Source: Candidatus Hydrogenedentota bacterium
GTDB taxonomy: Bacteria; Hydrogenedentota; Hydrogenedentia; Hydrogenedentales; JAJRTN01
NCBI GenBank assembly: GCA_024278275.1
Contig: JAJRTN010000039.1
Location: 21,030-85,029 of the forward strand
Length of the DNA: 64,000 nt
Reading direction: 5' to 3'
This document shows positions 27,733-36,626 of the stretch, piece after piece (positions within the stretch are counted from its first letter, which is position 1; every line of letters begins with the position of its first letter). The translations under genes and the position numbers were made by a program. The notes beneath the pieces were generated by a model. The model had not been told where the DNA came from. It did not search any database and saw only the letters and a program-made list of their open reading frames with translations.

Positions 27733-29028
27733 CTACATCCGGCGGTGCCCCATCCGGGAGGCCACCCCCAGGGCGATCACCAGCGCAATGCAGGAAAGGG
27801 CGAAGGTGGCGGCGTAGGAGGTGAGCGTCACCAGGCCGCCGGCAAGGGTGGGAAACAAGACCAGGGGAGCGCTGAGTGTATTCATCATGGCCATGTAGAG
27901 AGGCCGTTTTTCCGAGGGGGCCATGGACATGAGGTAAACCATGTTGGCCATGTCCGTCCCGCAACGACCGCCGGTATAAAGCGCCAGCAGGATCAGGCAT
28001 ACCCAGAGGTAATGGGCGCTGATCCAGTCCCGGGTGCCGTCGGATTCCGCAAGCACGGCCATGGCAAGCATGGAAAGCGGCGTCAGCACGAGGAGCGCCG
28101 TGGCCACGCGGAAGGTCCACACTTCGCCAAAGCGTTTCGAGATGCGCCCCCACACCATGCTCGACAAGCCACTGGCGAGGGCCATGGCCGCGGCGAAGAG
28201 TCCGGTGGTTTTTACATGCGCGTCAAACACGTCCATCACGAAAGGAACCAGCAGGATCTGCGACATGAGACCCAGGCTGTGGAAAAGGCGAAAAAGGTAG
28301 AGCAGGCGGAAGTCACGATCCTCCCGAAACAGGGCAAAGCCGCCCCGTAGAAAGTCTCTGAAAGGCCGCGGCCTGCGTTCTACCGGTTCGATGGGTTCAC
28401 GGATTTGGAGGAAGGCATGGTACGCCAGGCTCATCCCCACCAGGCCGCCACCGACCAGCACGGCGTAGTTGTAAGGGTAGGCCACGGACGAGTCGTCGGC
28501 CAGCACCCGGGCGGCAAGGAGGCCCGCGAGAAACCCCAGCAAGCCGCCCAGCAGTCGTCGCCAGGCGAAGACCATGGAACGATGATCGGCGGGAATGGCC
28601 TTGGCCACGATGTCCATGAAGGGGATGGAGCACACGCCGCCCGCGCTGGACATGACGATGGCGCAGACCAGTATGGCGGCGTAAAGCGTGCGCGGCATGG
28701 CGGACAGGAAAAGGATGGCGGCCAGCATGACCACCATCGCGCCCAGGCGCACCGAGACGGTGGCGCGGTAAATGGGCATCTTCCGCTCACGGCACTCGAT
28801 GCGGTTGCCCACCAGCATCTGCGGCCACAGCCAGCCGATGCTGGCTCCCGTGACCAGGAGTCCCACGCAGAGGGTGGAGCCGGTGAGGTCGTAGGCCAGG
28901 CCCGCGAGGATCGAATCGAAGGCAATGAAGGTGAACCCCATCATCACCAGCGACCCGTTGGCCACCGTGAGCCGGTAGTTGCGTCGTTGCTCGCCCGTCA
29001 GCGGCGCGTATGTTGACCGCGCCGTCAT
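27733..29028 (-). CDS. MFS transporter
   Basis: 431 aa, 12 predicted TM helices. Start overlaps the HAD gene stop (ATGA). Confidence 0.8.
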   Translation of the reverse strand: MTARSTYAPLTGEQRRNYRLTVANGSLVMMGFTFIAFDSILAGLAYDLTGSTLCVGLLVTGASIGWLWPQMLVGNRIECRERKMPIYRATVSVRLGAMVVMLAAILFLSAMPRTLYAAILVCAIVMSSAGGVCSIPFMDIVAKAIPADHRSMVFAWRRLLGGLLGFLAGLLAARVLADDSSVAYPYNYAVLVGGGLVGMSLAYHAFLQIREPIEPVERRPRPFRDFLRGGFALFREDRDFRLLYLFRLFHSLGLMSQILLVPFVMDVFDAHVKTTGLFAAAMALASGLSSMVWGRISKRFGEVWTFRVATALLVLTPLSMLAMAVLAESDGTRDWISAHYLWVCLILLALYTGGRCGTDMANMVYLMSMAPSEKRPLYMAMMNTLSAPLVLFPTLAGGLVTLTSYAATFALSCIALVIALGVASRMGHRRM

Positions 29029-29669
29029 GCGACCCCGTTCAGGAGATAATCGGCCACCGGCCCCAAATCATCGAAAACGGCCTCCGGTGAAAGGGCTTCG
29101 AGTTCTGGTCGGGCCAGGTAGCCCGTGGCCACGGCGATGCAACGCACCCCCGCCGCGCGGGCCGCTTTCACGTCGAAATCCATGTCGCCCACGAAAACCG
29201 TTTCCTCCGCCCTCACGCCAAGGGCCTTCATCGAAACATACAGCGCTTCCGGGTCAGGCTTCGGGTTTGTCACCTCGTCCGGGCCAACGCGGGACTCGAA
29301 GTAGTCCAGCACGCCCAGGTGTTCGAGCAGCATCTCCGACATAGCCCGCTTCTTCGAAGTGGCGAAACCGATCTTCAGGCCCGCCTCATGAATGGCCGAG
29401 AGCGTGGATTCGACCCGGGGAAGAAGAAAGGTCTTTTCGCAGGCGTGTTCGCGGTAATGTTCCTGGTAGAGGGGCACCAGGGCCGTGGCGTCGCGGCCCA
29501 GAACCTTGCTCAAGTGGTCCACCAGGGTAAAGCCGACAAGGTCCACGATGCGCTTTCGCGTCGGACGGGGCGCGCCCACCGCTTCGAAGGCGTGTATGCA
29601 CGACGCCACGATAGCATCCGTAGAATCGATAATGGTGCCGTCCAGGTCGAATACAACTGCTTTCAGCAT
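29025..29669 (-). CDS. HAD-superfamily hydrolase (phosphoglycolate phosphatase-like)
   Basis: MLKAVVFDLDGTIIDS (motif I DxDGT), FVGDMDFD (motif IV). Confidence 0.85.
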   Translation of the reverse strand: MLKAVVFDLDGTIIDSTDAIVASCIHAFEAVGAPRPTRKRIVDLVGFTLVDHLSKVLGRDATALVPLYQEHYREHACEKTFLLPRVESTLSAIHEAGLKIGFATSKKRAMSEMLLEHLGVLDYFESRVGPDEVTNPKPDPEALYVSMKALGVRAEETVFVGDMDFDVKAARAAGVRCIAVATGYLARPELEALSPEAVFDDLGPVADYLLNGVA

Positions 29670-29700
29670 GGGGTCCCCGATGGTTCTTTCTCATTCCCAC

Positions 29701-29755
29701 GTTCCCCCGTGGGAATGCCTGTTCCCGCCTTCGCGGAAATGACGGTTGAGAGGTG
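29701..29755. repeat. palindromic MITE-like repeat, copy C (subfamily 2)
   Basis: tcattcccacgttcccccgtgggaatgcctgttcccgccttcgcggaaatgacgg, intergenic between the HAD gene and purN. Confidence 0.65.
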
Positions 29756-29815
29756 TTGCCCGGGGTTCTCCTGTCCGGCAAGCCCCGTGCCGAAACACCG
29801 GGCAACCATCCTGCC

Positions 29816-30430
29816 TCAACGCACCCGAACAATACGCCCTTCCACACGCAACCGTCCTTCCGCGAAAAGTTGAATGGCCTTGGGAAAGATTTCGCGTTCC
29901 TTTGCCTGCACCCGTTCCGCCAGGGTGTCCGGCGTGTCCCCCTCAAGTACGGGCACCGATGCCTGCATGACAATCGGGCCGCTGTCGTATTCTTCATCAA
30001 CGAAATGGACCGTGGCGCCGCTCAGCTTCGCGCCATAGGCCAAAACGGCCTCATGTACGTGGTGGCCATACATGCCCTTGCCGCAGAACGCGGGGATCAG
30101 CGCCGGGTGTACATTCATGATGCGGTGGCGGAAATCCTCGGGCACGGTGAGGAGGGACATGAAACCCGCCAGCACCACCAGGCCGGGCGAATACTTGCGC
30201 ACTTCGTTCCACAGCGCGGCGTTGAAGGCCGCGTTGTCGGGGTAGTTCCGGGGAATGACGGCGATGGCGGGGATATGGTGGTTCCGCGCCCGTTCGAGGC
30301 CGAAAGCCTTTTCCCGCGATCCGATGACACACGCGACCTCCGCCGCCAGGTCGCCCGCCTGAATGTGATCGATGAGATTCTGCAAGGTGGTTCCGCCGCC
30401 CGATAGCAGCACGGCCATGCGTAGCGCCAT
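29816..30430 (-). CDS. purN: phosphoribosylglycinamide formyltransferase
   Basis: 204 aa, MAVLLSGGGTTLQNLID and NVHPALIPAFCG, as in PurN. Confidence 0.9.
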   Translation of the reverse strand: MALRMAVLLSGGGTTLQNLIDHIQAGDLAAEVACVIGSREKAFGLERARNHHIPAIAVIPRNYPDNAAFNAALWNEVRKYSPGLVVLAGFMSLLTVPEDFRHRIMNVHPALIPAFCGKGMYGHHVHEAVLAYGAKLSGATVHFVDEEYDSGPIVMQASVPVLEGDTPDTLAERVQAKEREIFPKAIQLFAEGRLRVEGRIVRVR

Positions 30431-30465
30431 GGTTGATTTCCTTCGCGTTTTATGGTTTCCTCGCG

Positions 30466-30496
30466 CTCATTCCCACGGCCCCCGCGGGGATGCGTG
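30466..30496. repeat. palindromic MITE-like repeat, copy D (subfamily 2)
   Basis: ctcattcccacggcccccgcggggatgcgtg. Confidence 0.6.
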
Positions 30497-30541
30497 TCGC
30501 AGACGTCCCGCCTGCATCCTACCAAATACCGGGCCGGACGT

Positions 30542-30724
30542 TCACAGGAGCCGAAGCACCAGTACCGCCACGAAGGCCGCCACCGTCGCAACAATCCAGA
30601 AGGTCCGGCAGGGCCAGCAAACCCGGGCCGCCTCGGCCGCGCCCAGGAAATGGTAGCACTCGGGACAGGCCCGCGAAGTCGCGGGGATCTCCTGCCCGCA
30701 CTTGGGACAGCGCATCATCTCCAT
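30542..30724 (-). CDS. small zinc-ribbon / single-TM protein (60 aa), hypothetical
   Basis: MEMMRCPKCGQEIPATSRACPECYHF (CxxC...CxxC) followed by a hydrophobic helix. Sits tightly between dapF and purN. Confidence 0.4.
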   Translation of the reverse strand: MEMMRCPKCGQEIPATSRACPECYHFLGAAEAARVCWPCRTFWIVATVAAFVAVLVLRLL

Positions 30725-30730
30725 GCAATG

Positions 30731-31573
30731 CTATTCCTCCGTGGGCCATTCACCGGTGAACACCTCCGTCGCGGGTCCTTCCTGGTATACGCACCCGTCC
30801 TCCGCCCATTCAATGGTGAGCACGCCGAAGGCGAGATGAACGTTTACACGCCGGACGGTGCGATCCGTGATCATGGACGCAAGCGCCGCGCCGCAGGATC
30901 CGCTGCCGCTGGCCATGGTAATGCCACTGCCCCGTTCCCAGATCCGCATGACGATGTTTTCACGATCCATGACGCTCACCCACTCCACGTTCGTCCGCCG
31001 GGGGAAGCTGGGGTGGTTTTCCACCTTGGGACCGAGGGTGGCGAGGTCCACCCGGGTGGCGTCCTCGACAAAGATCACCGCGTGGGGGTTGCCGATGTTG
31101 GCGCAGGTCACCCGCACCGTGCGGTCGTCCAGTTCCAGCGTTTCCTCCAGCACCCGGCCCTCCGGACCGATCATGGGAATCTCCCCCCGCTCGAAGCGGG
31201 GCTTGCCCATGTTCGACCGCACCGTGACGACCCGTCCGTCTTCCACCCGCAATTCCACGGTGTTCGGTCCGGCCAGGGTGTCGATGACAAAGCGGGTCCT
31301 GTCCGTCATGCCGCGCTCGTAGACATACTTGGCAAAACAGCGGATGCCATTGCCGCAGGTTTCCGCCTCGCTGCCATCGGCATTGAAGATACGCATGGCG
31401 AAATCATGGGTATCGCTCGGCAGGACCAGGATGATTCCATCCGACCCGGCGCCGAGATGGCGGTGGCTCATGCGGCGTGACAATTCGGCCGGGTCGACGA
31501 CGGGATACTTCGCGCCGTCGATAAAGTGGTAGTCGTTGCCCAGCCCGTGCATCTTGGTAAAAACGATGCCCAT
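30731..31573 (-). CDS. dapF: diaminopimelate epimerase
   Basis: 280 aa, FTKMHGLGNDY and CGNGIRCFAKY active-site Cys motifs. Start overlaps the ddl stop. Confidence 0.9.
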   Translation of the reverse strand: MGIVFTKMHGLGNDYHFIDGAKYPVVDPAELSRRMSHRHLGAGSDGIILVLPSDTHDFAMRIFNADGSEAETCGNGIRCFAKYVYERGMTDRTRFVIDTLAGPNTVELRVEDGRVVTVRSNMGKPRFERGEIPMIGPEGRVLEETLELDDRTVRVTCANIGNPHAVIFVEDATRVDLATLGPKVENHPSFPRRTNVEWVSVMDRENIVMRIWERGSGITMASGSGSCGAALASMITDRTVRRVNVHLAFGVLTIEWAEDGCVYQEGPATEVFTGEWPTEE

Positions 31574-32592
31574 CAGGTGTTTCCTTTCTTGTGTCGCGCC
31601 CGGCGCAGGGCGTCTTCCACCAGCAACCCGGCCAAGTCGCCGTAGGAGATCCCCGCGGCGGCCGCCGCCTGCGGGAACAAGGAGGTCGGCGTGAGACCGG
31701 GAATCGTGTTCACCTCGATCCAGACCGGACCCTCCGGCCCCAGGAGGAAGTCACTTCGGCTCCACCCCGTGCATCCCACGATTTCATGCGCATGGGCGGC
31801 CATCTCGGACACCTGGTCGGCCACCTCGGGCTCCAGGTCCGCCGGGGTAATCTCCTTGCAGGCCCCTGCCGTGTACTTCGCCTCGAAGTCGAAGAAAGAT
31901 CCCGGCCTGGGACGAATTTCCGTAATCGGCAATGGCCGGAGCAGGCCGCCGGAATCGGCGTCGAGCACCGCGCAGGTCAGCTCGCGCCCCGCGATGTACT
32001 GCTCCACCATCACGTAGTCGTCCGTGTCGAAGGCGGCGTTCATGGCCCCGTCGAAGTCCGCCGCGTTCCCGGCGATGGCGATGCCAAAGCTCGACCCCTG
32101 GGCGGAAGGCTTCACCACGCAGGGGAAGCCTAAATCCTCGCTCACGGCCCGGCGCACCGTGTCCGCCGATACGGCCCAAGTAGGCCGGTCGAGCGCCACA
32201 TGGCCCGCCACGCGGATGCCCTGCGCCTCGACCACGGCCTTGCAGCGTACCTTGTCCATGGCCAGGGCGCTCGCGGCACAGCCCGAGCCCGTGTAAGGCA
32301 GGCCCAGCAGGTCGAGCAATCCCTGAATACGGCCGTCCTCGCCAAAAGTGCCGTGGAGCGCAAGAAAAACGGCATCCACGCCAAGGGCCGATAACTGTTG
32401 CACCGCGTCCGCGAGAGGAACCGGGGCCGCGCCCTCGAAAGACCATAGCCCCGCGCGCGATATCACCACGGGTGTTACCACGAAGGACGCTCCGTCCAGC
32501 GCTTCGACCACGCCCCGCCCCGACTTCAGCGAAACGTCATGCTCCAGGCTCGGTCCACCCATGAGCACGGCGATGTGGGTCTTGGTGGTCAT
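31573..32592 (-). CDS. ddl: D-alanine--D-alanine ligase
   Basis: Start MTTKTHIAVLMGGPSLEHDVSLKSG at 32592 after GGGAAGGGG, ATP-grasp fold. The track ORF is over-extended to 32646. Confidence 0.9.
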   Translation of the reverse strand: MTTKTHIAVLMGGPSLEHDVSLKSGRGVVEALDGASFVVTPVVISRAGLWSFEGAAPVPLADAVQQLSALGVDAVFLALHGTFGEDGRIQGLLDLLGLPYTGSGCAASALAMDKVRCKAVVEAQGIRVAGHVALDRPTWAVSADTVRRAVSEDLGFPCVVKPSAQGSSFGIAIAGNAADFDGAMNAAFDTDDYVMVEQYIAGRELTCAVLDADSGGLLRPLPITEIRPRPGSFFDFEAKYTAGACKEITPADLEPEVADQVSEMAAHAHEIVGCTGWSRSDFLLGPEGPVWIEVNTIPGLTPTSLFPQAAAAAGISYGDLAGLLVEDALRRARHKKGNT

Positions 32593-32793
32593 GTTCTTCC
32601 CCTTCCCGGGAGGGCACAAAGATGCCTGTCCCGCATTGGGTCCCAACCTTTCCTGGACCGCCCGAAAACGGGAAAGACGGTAATGGATCAGGGCGGGGGA
32701 GATTATACGGCACGCGCCATCCCTGCCGCCACGGGATGTGCTACGATAGACTCGTTTCGCATGGGAGTTGCGAAAAAACGAGGTGTGCCCGCC

Positions 32794-33603
32794 ATGAATA
32801 CGTACAAAATTGCTTTGTCATGCCTGCTTTTGGCGGGGCTGACCGGATGTGTAACCCCCGCCGGTCAACCGTCGAAGGCCGCCCCGGACCGTGCCGGGAA
32901 AACCGCGGCCGTCGTCCCCATGGAGCCCGGGAATGCCGAAACGCAATACCACCACGGCAATGAACTTTTCGACGCGGGCCGCTATGCGGAGGCGGCGGCG
33001 GCCTATAAGACCGCGACCCGGCTCAAGCCGGACTATGCCGATGCTTTCACCAACCTGGGCCTTTCCCTGCGGCGGTTGGAGCGTTTTGAAGAAGCGAACG
33101 CGGCCTATGAACGCGCCCTGGCGCTTCAACCCGGCGACGTAACCACGTTGCGCAACCGGAAAGCCCTGGCGGAGGTGACGAACGATAAGGCACGCTATGC
33201 CGATTGCGTGCGGCGTCTGGCCGCGCTGCTGCCCGACGATCCCGTTGCCTTGCGGGATATGGCGGACCTGCTCCTGGCCGAGGAAAAGTACGCGCGTGCC
33301 GCTGAAGGCTATGAGCGGCTGGTCCTTGCCGGGGCCACCGACGCGGACCTTTTCTACAACCTGGGCCTATGCCATCTCCGTCTCAACCATTTTGAGGCCG
33401 CGGAGGCCGCCTGGAAGAAAGCGCTCCATGCCGACGCCCGCCATGCGGCTTCAAGCCGTGGCCTCGCGGTGCTCTACTGGACCACCGGCGATTACACGCA
33501 GGCCTGGGCCATGGTGTCCCAATGCCGCCGCCTTGATATCCGTGTTGATCCTGATTTTCTGGATATTCTCCGCCGGGATTCAGGGAAGAAGACGGCCCTG
33601 TAA
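32794..33603 (+). CDS. TPR-repeat lipoprotein
   Basis: Start MNTYKIALSCLLLAGLTGC (lipobox LTGC). Multiple TPR units (YHHGNELFDAGRYAEAAAAYKTA...). The track ORF is over-extended to 32539. Confidence 0.75.
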   Translation: MNTYKIALSCLLLAGLTGCVTPAGQPSKAAPDRAGKTAAVVPMEPGNAETQYHHGNELFDAGRYAEAAAAYKTATRLKPDYADAFTNLGLSLRRLERFEEANAAYERALALQPGDVTTLRNRKALAEVTNDKARYADCVRRLAALLPDDPVALRDMADLLLAEEKYARAAEGYERLVLAGATDADLFYNLGLCHLRLNHFEAAEAAWKKALHADARHAASSRGLAVLYWTTGDYTQAWAMVSQCRRLDIRVDPDFLDILRRDSGKKTAL

Positions 33604-33722
33604 GGGCACTGCCAAATTGACACGAAACAGCTCCTTCTTTCGGGTGTATACTGTGAATGTAAGTGTTACGGCGGCGGCCACCTCGTGGTTGCTCCTGAAA
33701 CAGCGAAAGAGGAGTCCCTGTC

Positions 33723-36509
33723 ATGCGTAGATTCCTGTTACTGCCCATCGTTGTGCTTCTGATCCTGGGGATCGCGGGTTGCCCGTGGCTTCCCCTGCCC
33801 AATCGACAGTTTACTTCAGCGGACCGCTTTGGCGGACGCAATGTTGGTGTTTTTGGTGATGCCGGGAGCGAAGGGGAAGGCGAGGTTGAAGGTGACGCGC
33901 CCGCCGCGGCCCAGCGCGACGTGGTCGAACCGGACGTTATTCGTCAGGATGGCGACCTCCTGTATGTACTCAACCAGTATCGCGGGTTATCCATTGTCGA
34001 CCTGGCCGGTGAATCCGTTCTTGCCCAGTTGCCCACTTTTGGCTATCCCCGCGATCTCTACCTGGTGGATTCCCGGGCTTATGTGCTCGTGGGCTATGCC
34101 CGGCAGGCGGTGGTCGAAGGAAACGTCGTGCGCGTCGACGTGGGTTCCCGGCTCTACGTGGCCGATGTATCCGACCCGGCCAACGCTTCGGTGGTGGCCT
34201 CCTTCGATCTGGAGGGCGACCTCATCGACAGCCGCCTGGTGGGCGACGTGCTCTATGCCGTGGGCGCGCGCTATTCCTGGGCCATTGAAGGCGACGTGGT
34301 GATGAAGGAGCAAACCAGCGAATCCTGGGTCACCAGCATTGCCGTGGGCGACCCGGAAAACATCGCGGTGGTGGACAGCCTTGGTATTCCGGGCATAGGC
34401 AATACCATCCAGGTAAGCTCGGAAGCCATTTTCGTGGCCTCGGCCGACTGGTACAGCGACAATGGCGACGTGACCACGATTTCCTATATCGACATCAGCG
34501 ATCCGTCGGGAATCATTGCCACGGGAGGCAGCGTGAACGTGCCGGGCTACATCGCCGACCGTTTCAAGCTGGATGCGTGGAACGGCGTGCTTCGGGTGGT
34601 GTCGAACACCCGTTGGCCCAGCCGGGAAGTTTACGTCACCACGGTGGACCTCGCCGACCCGCAACATCTGGCCATCCTCGGACAAACCGCCCTGGAAAGC
34701 GCTTCGGGGGAAGCCCTCTTCGCGGTGCGTTTTGACGGCCCGCGGGCCTACGTGGTGACTTACCTGGTGGTTGATCCCCTGTTTATCATCGACCTCGCCG
34801 ATCCGGCGCACCCCAACGTGGCGGGTGAATTGATGGTGCCGGGCTGGTCCACCCATATCGAGATCGTCCATGGCCGGCTCGTGGCCTTGGGCGTGGATGA
34901 CACGGACGGGCGTCAGGTAAAGGTCAGTCTTTACGACGTGGACGATCCGCAAGCGCCCGCCGAGGTGGACACGGTGAGCTTTGGCAGTGGCTGGGCCTGG
35001 TCGTCGGCCTTCTCCGACGTGAAGGCTTTCACGGTACTCGACGACATGCTCATCGTGCCGACCAGCGGCTGGGAGGAGGCAACGGGTCGTTTCGACCGGC
35101 TCCAGTTCATCTCCTATGACCCCGGTCACCTGGCGCTCCGGGGCACGGTGGACGTGCAGGGCGACATCCTTCGCTCGTTCCGTCACGGGGACCAGTACTA
35201 CGGCGTCACCACCGAGCAGGTGGCGGTCATTGACGCGGCGGACCCGGACGCACCGAGCGTGGTGAACACCATCACCCTCGCCGAGTACCTGTATGACTAC
35301 TTTGAACTGAGCGACACGACGAACGCGGCGGTCGTGGCCAGAACCGAACGGAACGAGGTGGCCGTCCGCACGGAAACCGCCGGAGGCGATATGCTGGGCG
35401 AAATCACGGTTCACCTCGCCGGCATCATCGCCGCCGAGGCGACAGCGGATCGCGTGGCGCTGGTGGGGACGAACTGGGATGCCGAAACCTACGAAAGCAC
35501 CTATCGCGTGGTGATTGTCGATGTCAGCGATCCCGCGGCACCTGCGGTGCTGGCGGACCTGAGTTCCAATGTTGCCCCATGGTGGAACTACTGGTGGGGA
35601 TGCTACGACTGCTGGGGACCCGAGGTGGACGTGGGCATGGGCATGGAGGAAAGAACCAAGCAGTTTGCCGACATGTTCTACATGCCGTGGTTCGGTGGGG
35701 AGGACAGCGCCCTGCTGGCCGGGGATTACCTGGTGCTGCGCGGCCAGGCCGACAGCTACGACGTGACCTTCGGCGACGGGCGGCCCGAGCAGGGGCTGCT
35801 GGTCGTGGACCTGGCATCGGGCGCGATCACCCACACCATCGGCCTGGGCTTCGAACAGGTCATCAGCGTGAATACGGCGGGCGGCAGGATTTACCTGGGC
35901 ACGAAGGAAACGCTCGGGGTTGACGTGGACCCCCGTCCTCAATGCGCCCTGTACATCAGCGAACTGGACCTGGACGGACCGTCCCTGGGCGTTGCCGCCA
36001 ACGTACCCGGCACCTTTGTCCAGTATGCCCCCGAAACGGGCGTGTTGCTCCTGCAGGACTGGCAGTATGACGGCGGATTCATGGAATGGAACGTCACGCA
36101 GAGTCTTCGTACCGTCATCTGGGAAGGGGGTGATACGGAGACGGTGATGGCGGTGGACGAATACGTTCTGCCCGATTACGCCGGATCCATTGTGGGCGCC
36201 GGCAGCCGGGCCTATTACCAGTACTACGACGGCGGCTCCATTGTCGCATCGATCCGGGTGAGTCCCATGGGGCTCCTCTCCGATGGCGGCAGTCTTCCGG
36301 CCAATCCGTCGGGGGGCTATCTGCTGGCGGCCAAGGAAAGCACGGCCTTCCTCTCCATGGGTAACGCCATCGCCACCTATGATTTCACGGCGACACCGAC
36401 GCTCACCGATCTGACCGAAACCATGGGCTGGCCGTCCCACGTGCGTTTCGGCACCCATACCGCCTATGCCCCCCTGGGCTACGCGGGCCTTGCAACGTTG
36501 CCCTACTGA
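33723..36509 (+). CDS. large secreted lipoprotein with LVIVD repeats (beta-propeller)
   Basis: 928 aa, signal MRRFLLLPIVVLLILGIAGC. Repeated LYVADVSDPANASVV, FIIDLADPAHPNVAG, VVIVDVSDPAAPAV (LVIVD-type). Unusual Trp/Cys segment WWNYWWGCYDCWGPE. Confidence 0.8.
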   Translation: MRRFLLLPIVVLLILGIAGCPWLPLPNRQFTSADRFGGRNVGVFGDAGSEGEGEVEGDAPAAAQRDVVEPDVIRQDGDLLYVLNQYRGLSIVDLAGESVLAQLPTFGYPRDLYLVDSRAYVLVGYARQAVVEGNVVRVDVGSRLYVADVSDPANASVVASFDLEGDLIDSRLVGDVLYAVGARYSWAIEGDVVMKEQTSESWVTSIAVGDPENIAVVDSLGIPGIGNTIQVSSEAIFVASADWYSDNGDVTTISYIDISDPSGIIATGGSVNVPGYIADRFKLDAWNGVLRVVSNTRWPSREVYVTTVDLADPQHLAILGQTALESASGEALFAVRFDGPRAYVVTYLVVDPLFIIDLADPAHPNVAGELMVPGWSTHIEIVHGRLVALGVDDTDGRQVKVSLYDVDDPQAPAEVDTVSFGSGWAWSSAFSDVKAFTVLDDMLIVPTSGWEEATGRFDRLQFISYDPGHLALRGTVDVQGDILRSFRHGDQYYGVTTEQVAVIDAADPDAPSVVNTITLAEYLYDYFELSDTTNAAVVARTERNEVAVRTETAGGDMLGEITVHLAGIIAAEATADRVALVGTNWDAETYESTYRVVIVDVSDPAAPAVLADLSSNVAPWWNYWWGCYDCWGPEVDVGMGMEERTKQFADMFYMPWFGGEDSALLAGDYLVLRGQADSYDVTFGDGRPEQGLLVVDLASGAITHTIGLGFEQVISVNTAGGRIYLGTKETLGVDVDPRPQCALYISELDLDGPSLGVAANVPGTFVQYAPETGVLLLQDWQYDGGFMEWNVTQSLRTVIWEGGDTETVMAVDEYVLPDYAGSIVGAGSRAYYQYYDGGSIVASIRVSPMGLLSDGGSLPANPSGGYLLAAKESTAFLSMGNAIATYDFTATPTLTDLTETMGWPSHVRFGTHTAYAPLGYAGLATLPY

Positions 36510-36583
36510 GGGATGATCCCAACCTGGATTCCACCCCGCCGGGCTTGCCTATCCGTGCCCGGCGGGGTATCCTTGTCGGCACG

Positions 36584-36594
36584 GTTCACAGACA
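36584..36594. promoter_or_regulatory. CCGTTCACGG-core motif copy, 33-44 nt upstream of the orphan pilT
   Basis: cggttcacaga (compare accgttcacaga at 10237-10249). Confidence 0.3.
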
Positions 36595-36626
36595 TAAAAC
36601 CGCCACCAAAACGGGAGCAACAGGCC

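Noticed and set aside
33987-36458. 823-aa minus-strand ORF spanning the LVIVD lipoprotein gene
   Set aside because: Antisense to a well-supported plus-strand gene. The product is Gly/Arg/His-rich with no domain resemblance. Long stop-free antisense frames are typical of high-GC DNA.
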